Source: Macrostomum lignano (lineage: Eukaryota). From it: DNA of 30,268 bases. The stretch spans positions 1 through 30,268 of the forward strand of contig NIVC01000079.1 in NCBI GenBank assembly GCA_002269645.1. The letters are read 5' to 3'. Under the pieces are notes generated by a model. That model was not told the DNA's origin. It ran no database searches and saw nothing but the letters and a program-made list of their open reading frames with translations. Positions 20,625 to 28,709 of this stretch are shown here, one piece after another (position 1 is the first letter of the stretch; each line of letters begins with the position of its first letter). The position numbers and the translations under genes were made by a program.

Positions 20625-21261
20625 GACGGAAAAGATAGAACAGAAAGTGGTACTCAGCGTGGTGGCCGCTGCATCACAGACCTCCGTAACCCCCCTCCCT
20701 CAGGCAATCGGGGGGCACGGTCAACACCAGAAGCTGTTGTAAAATATTTGAAGAAGGAAGCCATTGCGCAAATTTATTTATACCTGGTATCAACTGTAAT
20801 GATATGAGTATAAAACCTTTTTAATATAAATTATCACCAAGTTGAAGCGTTACAAAATGAAGTTTAGTTTAGTCAAAGAAGGAAAATAGAAAGGCCGAGT
20901 TATTCATAATCAAACCTCTATAAATCTGCACAAATTGGTGACAAAAAACAGTAATAGCTCGTACGAGCTATGAAAATGCCGAAATTGATTAAATTTACAA
21001 TAAAGTGTTTTAAATATATATGCTTAGAATAGTGATAGAGCCGATATCTAGTCTTTAGGAGTACTTTGACTTAAAGATTGAAGAAAATATGTAACACAAG
21101 TAGCATTGTGGTAGTTATTGCATACATTTGTAATGTTTCACTGTCACTAACAGTGAAAATATTTAAGATTTAGAACCTTTTTACGAGCTGCCATGTGACG
21201 TCCAATGTGACTTATGTCTACCACTTTTGTGACTAAAGTTCCACGATCGATGATCCTAGAG

Positions 21262-21591
21262 CAGGGGTCGACAGGCCCGCAAGTCACATGCGGCTCACAA
21301 AGCCTCTCTAGGTTGATTTCTCAGCTGTCTTTTCTCTAATCTCCTCTTTTTCACTTTACTTTTCTCTTTCTTCTCCTATCTCCTCCCTTCTCTCCTATTT
21401 TCTTTTCTCCATCCTCTCCTAGTTCATCTCTTCCATCCTCTCGTCTCCTCTCTTTTCGCCTCGCTTAGCCTCTCGCCCCTCCTTTCTCTGATATTTCATC
21501 TCTCTTCACTATTCTCTCCTCTCCTCTGACCCGCATTTATGCGCTAGGTTCTCGATCTGGTGCTCAAGGTAAAAAACTTTGCTGACCCCTG
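21262..21591. mobile_element. 330-bp hAT (Charlie/Buster-like) MITE with pyrimidine-rich interior
   Basis: TIRs CAGGGGTC(GA/AG)CA at both ends. Exact 8-bp TSD TCCTAGAG (central TA) at 21254-21261 and 21592-21599. Subterminal GGCCCGCAAGTCACATGCGGCTC. CT-rich tract about 21325-21525. Confidence 0.9.
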
Positions 21592-21783
21592 TCCTAGAGA
21601 GAAAGCGTTCACAAAACATGGTCACAGGCTAAAATGGTGACCCTCTATTCTCTAAAATATAAAATAAAAAACCATATATAAAAAACAAACGGTAGAATTT
21701 TTATACAGGAATAAGAATACGTGTATCAATAAGACTCAGAATAGGATTTATGCTTTCCTGATTTAAACTCGAAAAAAGAATGC

Positions 21784-21789
21784 TTTATT
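21784..21789 (-). promoter_or_regulatory. Candidate polyadenylation signal AATAAA for LMLN
   Basis: TTTATT on + about 70 nt downstream of the LMLN stop codon. Confidence 0.5.
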
Positions 21790-21857
21790 AAGTACACGAT
21801 CTATTAAGGTATTTTGAAACGATTTGCAAGCACATTAGGCAATAAAGTTAAAAAAAC

Positions 21858-22778
21858 TCACTGCAAAAGTGAAATACAAAATATGCTAAACAGTTTGGCA
21901 AGGTGAATCAACAACCCAACAGTCTGACGAGCGGCACTTGACGAGAGACATGGTGGTTCCAGATGGATGCCATTCAACGGTAGCCGTGGCGGCTGCAGAA
22001 GTTTCGACACTGATGGGGAACAGTTATAATATTTTGAGCACAGCTGAGCGCACGGAGGGCACACTAAACTGCCATAGTACAGGCTGTAGTTCCCAGATAA
22101 AGAAAAATCCACTTTGCCGCCACCAACTGGACAGGCGAATTCTCTACCACCAGCCAAGGTGACAATCGGCGCGCCGCCGGTTGCTGGGGGCACCGAACAG
22201 GATAGCAACCGCTGCCGTATGTGGCGGCCGCGTGCCTGCGACCACAGAACTGCAATTGGAATGGCTCAGGCTGGATGAGGCATACGGATTTCGATCCGAA
22301 CAGCTCCATGCCGGGATTAGCCGATTCCACTGGCTGATTGCCAATTCGAAAACAGTCGGAATTGCGATCAGTGGATTTGCTCAAGGTAGTGTAGGCCTGA
22401 GGATAAGGACAATAGTCGGCAAAGCGACTCGTACCACCGTAGCGAGTAAATGATTCTGAGCTTAGAAGTTTCACACCTCCCGGAGATAGACCAGCCTGCT
22501 GAATGCTGACATCGCCGCCAAAGTACTGATACTCCAGCGGTAGTTCATTAGACAGCTCAGCCAGATTGCAGTACCGCTTGGAGCGGCGATCATCGGAGCA
22601 GCCAGTGCGAAGCATGGCGTCTCCCCGAGGCCCAGTATGCTTCGGTGCCAAATTGCAGTAAGGCCAGGCCGATTGATGATGCGACACCATCCAGTCGTAG
22701 CAGCTATTGTAGACAAACTTGCAGCCTAGATTGCGACCCCAGGCAATTGGCTGAGCCGTTGAATAGTTTGCAGAGTAC
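21858..22778 (-). CDS. LMLN: Leishmanolysin-like peptidase exon 5 (Cys-rich C-terminal domains, hydrophobic tail); one missing base at about 22186-22190
   Basis: Acceptor ttgcAG at 22780-22779 completes TG|G (Trp). Reads YSANYSTAQPIAWGRNLGCKFVYNSC...CNL..LPLEYQYF...YGG...ADYCPY...SVCL...GSGCYPVRC, then a frame switch in a C5 run to ...YGSLVCPPCAQLC...TVGLLIHLAKLFSIFCISLLQ-stop. Confidence 0.92.
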
Positions 22779-23605
22779 CTGCAATGAGTGATGCAATAAT
22801 GAAATCTATTAAGGCAAAGTTTTTTTGATCGGAGAAGGAAAAATGACTAATGAAATCGCGTTGATTGCGTCAAAAACTACTCGAGATTGCACAGTTTTAG
22901 AAACAAGTCAAAATTATATAGATCTTTCTTATACATGCCTTTTTCTAGCCGGATCTTCAAGGTATGTACTGTGCAGTGTCTAAAGAGCGCGTCATTGACA
23001 TGGGTTCATGATCCCAGTGGAGACGAATAAATTAAAAATAGAAAAATTGTGAGGGTCAGGGTCATATGAAGTTGGCACATAGACATAACTAATCCTACAC
23101 GCTACTCCGAGGAAATCTGCCATAGACATTTTTCGTGATTTCATAGCGACGCCTGATAGAATACACAGCTTTTCTCTTTACGTCCAGCCATCGCGAAATG
23201 TGCTCAGCACTATCACCTCTCGATGGCAGCGACAATCAGGTTGTACTTTCGTTGCTTATCTTGCGATAGGGTTCTTGCCCTGCAGGAATCTGCTCATCCA
23301 CTGCATCTTGGGCTGTAGCAAAACTTTCGTCACTGCTCTGCTCGCTAAATTCTTCGTCTGTCTAATGAAATCTGTTCTTTTGCACAACTATGGAAAGGAT
23401 TAATTGCGCGCCCGAATTCTCAAATTGGTTGCTCCACAGACCCCCTTTCGGGCCATAGACGATGAAAAGCAAGTCTTCAATAGCTTGAATTTCCCACTAA
23501 GGATTAAATTGTTTGCTCCTAGGCTCAATTGGCTTGAAAAATGCTATAGTAGATCAGTAGAAGAGTTAGTTTTTTTACTAAAAATATTCGTTTTGTATTT
23601 CTCAC

Positions 23606-23868
23606 CAGCCGGTATCTTCTAAGAAGGCAAGTGTGAACTCCGAAACAACAGACGAGCCCGTATATGCGGCGGTCATGAGTTCGCTTTCCAAAAGACGCTT
23701 CTCCCAGTGAGTCAGCGCCGAGCCCAGTTTGCCCTGATTCTCCAGAGGTAAGCCGGGCATTTTGGGACAGTTAAAGTGCGCCCGCACTAACGAAACGAGG
23801 CGAGGCGTGACTACGTAGTGTCTGGTTAGGTTGTAAACACCTCGTGCGGAACGCCAAGGCTCTTTGGT
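23606..23868 (-). CDS. LMLN: Leishmanolysin-like peptidase exon 4 (third zinc ligand and Met-turn)
   Basis: Acceptor ttgcAG at 23870-23869 and donor GTGAGA at 23605. Reads TKEPWRSARG...VTPRLVSLVRAHFNCPKMPGLPLENQGKLGSALTHWEKRLLESELMTAAYTGSSVVSEFTLAFLEDTGW, an M8 family signature. Confidence 0.96.
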
Positions 23869-24443
23869 CTGCAATGAATTCGTAAATTCGCTCAGCAGAA
23901 TGTTTTTATCAGACTTAGGCTTGGTATTTTTTTGAAAAAAGCACTGCAGTTTTATGGTATCTACGAGCGTACGAGTAACAGTAGAAATACCAAGCACCAA
24001 GCTACATTTAAACCAGTGAGTTTTATTTAAGATCTTAAGGACGCATGTTTTGATATTTTTTTCTTTTTTGCTTTAGGTATTAAATGAGATTAAACAGTAG
24101 CACGATCGATACAATTTGACTGTGCACTACTAATCAGGTAGCTTGTGAAAATCCATTGCTCTGATTTCAAGTTGTGTTTTCAGCCCAATCAAAAATCAAA
24201 ACAGCAACTCCCAGAGAAATATTTAAGATGATAATTAAATATTCGTACATTAAAATACAGATATTTCATAGGAATTATCCTTTTGTAGCCCGATAGTTAG
24301 TCTGCTACGCTTCTAGAACGACGCAGAATCATTGACATTGAGTTAATCCTTACGCCGTTTGTTAAGGCAAAGCTTTTTTGATCGGAGCGGACAATTAATG
24401 GAAAACTTAGTAACGGACTTCAATAAGTAAGTCACAGGTATAC

Positions 24444-24638
24444 CTGAATAACGGTATCGTTGCCCCACTGATACAGTGTTACTCCGTCGTCCTCAATTAA
24501 TCCCAACGCAGGCATATTAGTAGCGGGATTGCGCGGAGTTCTCGGGACGCCGTTGTCTTGGCGCATAAATGCGAATAGGGTAGCCGTGACACCCAGAGCG
24601 TGAAGCAGCTCGTGCCTAGCTGTGTACTGAGCCTCCGC
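24444..24638 (-). CDS. LMLN: Leishmanolysin-like peptidase exon 3 (HEXXH zinc-binding motif)
   Basis: 195 bp, phase 0/0. Acceptor actcAG at 24640-24639 and donor GTATAC at 24443. Reads AEAQYTARHELLHALGVTATLFAF...LYQWGNDTVIQ, with HELLH at 24614-24600. The start boundary is inferred from frame consistency. Confidence 0.9.
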
Positions 24639-24767
24639 CTGAGTTGTGGAGACATGCGAAAGTATAGCAAACTGCATTGACTCTGTGTCCGCAGATAATT
24701 ATTGCACGTAGGTCTCTAGCAGCAGACACTTAAGTATCTCTGCTAAAGCCATTAACAAATCACTCAC

Positions 24768-25219
24768 CGGATCGACAAGAAACCGACTACTAGACGTTGA
24801 CCGACCTCTATCTGATCTACGACGGCACAAATTGATGTACCCAGCAAGGGGCGGTCAGTCAGGCCATCCAGCTGGCAGTGGGCCGAGTAGCCTAGCGTCT
24901 GACTGTCCGGCCCACCGCAGCGCACAGTGTCGTAGGCGGACACGTACAGGGCGTAGTTATAAGGCCAGCGAACCCCGGCGCCGCGACTTCCGCTGTGCTG
25001 GAGGCGGCCGCCATCTTGGGCCGGGGTAAGCTCGCGGCACAGGTCCAGGTGAGCGGCCGGCACGCTGGTGTGGCCGCAGAAAGCGGAACTGGAGCACCCG
25101 TCGGCGCAATAGTGCAAGAAGGCACCGTTGACTGGACTGCGGACAACTCGGACTTTGTTGGACTTGCACGGCCTAGGCAGCCAGAATGCCACAGGCGGTG
25201 CCGACGACTGGTGGCGCAC
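24768..25219 (-). CDS. LMLN: Leishmanolysin-like peptidase exon 2; one missing G at about 24840
   Basis: Acceptor gcacAG at 25221-25220 and donor GTGAGT at 24767. Reads VRHQSS..WLPRPC...HYC...CG...VPAAHLDLC...YALYVSA..RC...GYSAHCQLDGLTDRPLL(G)YINLC. Restoring a single G makes the exon phase 0 and in frame with exon 3. Confidence 0.88.
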
Positions 25220-25278
25220 CTGTGCAAGCATTGTGCGTTGGGATTTCTAAGATGAGCTTCTGCCATATTATATAACTA

Positions 25279-25365
25279 GAAACGCAGCGATAAATCAATG
25301 TTTTGTTTGATCTTGGTTGAAGATCGTTGATCAACCGAAACTTTGATTTATCATCGCTGCGTCTC
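25279..25365. other. 87-bp near-perfect hairpin flanked by TA on both sides (possible Tc1/mariner-type mini-MITE)
   Basis: GAAACGCAGCGATAAATCAATGTTTTGTTTGATC pairs with GATCAACCGAAACTTTGATTTATCATCGCTGCGTCTC around a loop of about 16 nt. TA at 25277-25278 and 25366-25367. Confidence 0.6.
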
Positions 25366-25372
25366 TATCTCC

Positions 25373-25689
25373 AAATCCCCATTTTCCCCATTTATCCCAT
25401 TCAGGGAGACCAAATGATAGAGAGATGCGGTTTTTAACGATTCTTGTCTCATTGTCGGTCCAGTAGAGAGATCCGATAGAGAAACCGGCTCAATCGGCCA
25501 CCGCTTCCATTTCAGAGCCTTAAGTTCACATGAAATCCCCATTTTTCCCCATTTATCCCATTCAGAAGCGGCCGGGGTGGAAGAAAGATCAATTACGCTT
25601 TTCTTGTCTATTCTGGGTCTGAATAGGGAGAATTTCGCAGCGGTTTGGTTGCTGGACTCACGGCTTCCAAATCGCGCTTAAGTTCACAT
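25373..25689. repeat. Diverged tandem duplication, 2 x about 160 bp, in LMLN intron 1
   Basis: Blocks AAATCCCC..ATTTATCCCATTCAG, TTCTTGTCT and GCTTCCA...CTTAAGTTCACAT recur with a 160-bp period (25373 and 25533). Confidence 0.75.
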
Positions 25690-25990
25690 CCTTTTTCTGC
25701 TTATTAAATTTTAAAGCTGAATGTGGCGTCAGAGTAAGGAATGCATCCAAAACATGAATTCATTTTTTTGTTCGAATTATCTGTTCAGAGGAAAAAATCT
25801 TTGTTGGGAAACCCACACATCTTCTGATAGTTGCTTTGTCTTTGAAAACTTCAAATACGGTTTTCATTCTAGCTAAAAAAACCTTAACTTGATGCGAAAT
25901 ATCGGTCGCTAAGCCGAGAATTTAAGCCCCTCTGTAGATGCTGAAATCGCCTTAAGAAACATTTACACGAAGTCCAAAGCGTAAACGCAC

Positions 25991-26344
25991 CGACAACACG
26001 GATTGCCAATAGAGAACTGAATCTTCAACAAGCCTCCGCAGAGTGACAGACTCCGAATCTGTGGCGGCAGCTAATGAAGGTTCATAATGCACCAGAATTC
26101 GAAGAGGCTCAGTAATTTGAGTATTAGTTGTAGCTGATTGAATTGCAACAACGTCGCGTTCTCGACGAGCGAGCTCTGGTCCCTCGATTGACGTGGCTAA
26201 GGACGGAGCAGAGAATCCGCCGGTTTTGAAACCGTCATCAACGCCCAGACTGCCGCTGGCTGGCGAATGACGCGGCAAACGGTGCAGGCAGTCCGCGACG
26301 GCCTCGACTGACCTTAGCACCAGTAGAAGTGCCGCGAAGTTCAT
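25991..26344 (-). CDS. LMLN: Leishmanolysin-like peptidase exon 1 (signal peptide and prodomain)
   Basis: ATG at 26344 in gccATG context, with an in-frame upstream TGA at 26392-26390. Reads MNFAALLLVLRSVEAVADCLHRLP (hydrophobic leader, C-x-H-x-x-P) ... EPLRILVHYEPSL...YWQSVLS. Inferred donor GTGCGT at 25990 joins to VRHQ of exon 2. Confidence 0.8.
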
Positions 26345-26403
26345 GGCGTTGTCCAGCCAGAGATGGTCCGATTGATAATTCACCGATAATCAACGGTCAG
26401 GAA

Positions 26404-26419
26404 CTGCAAGCTAAATTAG
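26404..26419 (-). promoter_or_regulatory. Splice-acceptor-like site 60 nt upstream of the LMLN ATG (5' UTR intron or trans-splice site)
   Basis: Minus strand CTAATTTAGCTTGCAG. The CTAAT-to-AG spacing resembles the acceptors at 3786 and 4935. Confidence 0.4.
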
Positions 26420-28212
26420 TTGGTTAAACAACATAGTGTAAATTTACTGCTTTTAATACAAAGTGAGGAGAACCACATTGCAGTAACAGGAGCCCGATCG
26501 ACCTTATTACTAGTACGCAGCAGTTGACAACTTGCAGCGATCTTTACAGCGATTAGTGTCAAGATGAAACTCAGCACCATGCTTGAGGTAAACAATACAT
26601 TTTGAGGCACACAGTACCAGTATACGAGTATACAGCATGCAATTATCAAGTGTGTCGGGGCACTTCTCTTTTGTCTTTGTGATCGACGTATGGCTCAATT
26701 TGATATTGGTTGAGGGATAGGCAGTAACTAACGCACTTAAGCACTGCTTACATTGTAATTTAATACGAGCTTGGAACTCAACGTAAAGAGACAGATTTTC
26801 TATCTTATACTAGCTTGGGACACTGTAGAAGGGACATGAATTGTAGAAGATTGTATCGAATCTACCTATCTATGTTTGTGCAATGCATCCTAGAACTTAG
26901 TACTCTATCCAAACAGATTTTCTTCTAAAAACAAAACAAAAATAAGCGAATACATAGGCCCGCAGAGTGCGGAATTATATATATATATAATTGTGTATTG
27001 TATTCTTATATATGTATGTATTCCTATGTATTGTTAGGAAAAGTAAGGAATGTGGGGAAAAGTAAATAACCCAAAATTATGCACTTCCAACTAATAAATA
27101 AAATTAAATTTCAAGATAGATATATTTTAGATTTTAAGGTACAGCACTACAGAGATAAAATATTAGAAGCAGTGTACTCCAGTTTTCCAACAGATGCGCA
27201 AGTAGATTCAGGATGAGTTTTTCATATTTACTTTCAGTAGTATAATAAATATGGTCGCAATGCTTTGTATTGTTATAGAAAATTGGCACAAAGAAAGAAG
27301 CAATTAATAAAAAGCAAAAACGAAGAGCTGACTTAACAATAAAAAATTAACAAACATGTGAACGCATTTCGACTACTAACGACAAAAACATTGCAACGCT
27401 GGTTATATTACCGGTACCAGGCGTTGTTAGTCAAGCCAGAATGATTATATTAATTTCTATCCAATCCTGTTGCTCTTGTTGCAACAAAAAGAAAAGGAAA
27501 TCGCAAAAACCAACACTGCAAGACAAAATAAAAGAGAAGGCAGAAAACTTGATTAGAAACGTATACGATAGAGATGCTTGATTAGGCGATTCATTACTAT
27601 ACTAATGATATTTTGGAGCCCATTCAAATCGGTGCATCTTGAGTTGCAGCTTGTTAATTTACTTGATACTGATTATGCCCATGTTCAAAGCAATTAAAAT
27701 TGAATAATTAAAACTTAATCAATTTATTTCTTACCATTTTGTTAGATTCTAAATTTGGGTCAATATAAAAAAATATAGACTGCTGCAGTGCTGTAGTCAG
27801 CATATCATAAGTGAGGATTTACCAGCCCCGCTACTCGTTTTAACACGCGTACGGTGACTGCAGAGCGATATTAGCATAAGATTCATGACATCACTAATTA
27901 TTAGAATATTGTAGGCAGTCTAGTTCATGTACGCTAGTACTAAACTGATACAGACCACAGTCTGTCTTGTGGTACAGACTGAGGGCGTTAACCTAAGGTG
28001 TACTTATTGTATTGAATCAGTCGTCATTTATATGCACTTACATTTACATCATTTACAAATACAGGTTCGTACTCTGTACTTGATTCAGAGGTGCTCAAAT
28101 ATGACTACTTTGACGATGTTCTGTACTACAGCGTCAAATTTTTAAGTTTTCATTTTGCCACGAGTATGATTAAACTGGACGCTTTCGGTGCCAACTAGAC
28201 TAAAAAAGTATA

Positions 28213-28678
28213 CTAAAGCTCAGTCTTGGCAGAATCATCATGAGCTGCAGCCTCTTCAGACGCGGATTCAGCCGTTGCCTCTTCGGTCTTGGCCTCCTTA
28301 TCATCTGTCGCCGCTGATGGCAAAGTTGGCGGCTCTTCAATGGGCAAAGCAATGAGTGGCTCAGTGCAAACCCGAGCGGTTTCCAAGCACAGTTGGCGTT
28401 CAAACTGATCCATAGTCAGCGGCTTGGGCTGGCTGAGCTGCAGCAGGGATTTTGTAGCCTCCTCGTGATCGTCCAGCAGCGATTCGCATCGCATGCGCAG
28501 CCAGTTGTCAACCGAGGAGCCGCTGGTCAGGCGGCTCGTATCAGCCGCTTGGCCGTCAGTTCGAGTCAATGGCACAAACGATCGAATACTTGGCTGGCTG
28601 GAGTGCGGCGAGTGACCCCAGGATGACTGCACCTGTTCGCATATAGTCTCCAGCGCGTTGGTCAGGTGCGTGTCCGAG
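28213..28678 (-). CDS. CNPY2: Canopy family (CNPY2/MSAP-like) saposin-like ER protein, last exon, ending KTEL
   Basis: Acceptor ccttacAG at 28680-28679, with an in-frame TGA just upstream. Reads SDTHLTNALETICEQV...LRMRCESLLDDHEE...QLCLETARVC, resembling CNPY2 SEAHLTELLEEICD...LKFACESIVEEYED...KLC..RTDLC. Ends HDDSAKTEL-TAG. Upstream exons lie beyond the window. Confidence 0.85.
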
Positions 28679-28709
28679 CTGTAAGGCGGTGGATAGATGC
28701 GTCACATTT

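Noticed and set aside
19142-20742. About 60-codon frame that becomes continuous when the foldback element is removed (DGRWSRVPRQQVQASKTEKIEQKVVLSVV...)
   Set aside because: No start codon, splice signals or recognisable family. A frame this short is expected by chance.
19143-20807. Overlapping ORFs rich in RRLPA/WQTSAGK/DVCQP repeats on both strands
   Set aside because: Translations of the 14/15-bp subrepeats in the foldback arms. They are open in several frames simply because the repeat lacks stop codons.
23400-23510. Possible third copy of the 3105/4314 repeat on the minus strand (shared TGGGAAATTCAA)
   Set aside because: Only a 12-bp exact match plus a loose downstream similarity. I could not build a convincing alignment by eye.
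154-26344. Calling NMDAR2 or LMLN pseudogenes
   Set aside because: Only homopolymer-type single deletions are seen. Splice sites, exon phases and active-site residues are intact and there are no nonsense substitutions in the repaired frames.
26416-26649. 77-aa ORF with a signal-peptide-like stretch (MVLSFILTLIAVKIAASC) upstream of LMLN
   Set aside because: It cannot be joined in frame to LMLN through the 26404 acceptor (in-frame TGA at 26392-26390), and hydrophobic ORFs are common in AT-rich DNA.
22144-28626. Shadow ORFs over LMLN and CNPY2 (22181-22453, 22471-22716, 24832-25029, 24892-25266, 24995-25255, 28200-28403, 28393-28626)
   Set aside because: They overlap well-supported exons in other frames or strands and show no independent homology signal.
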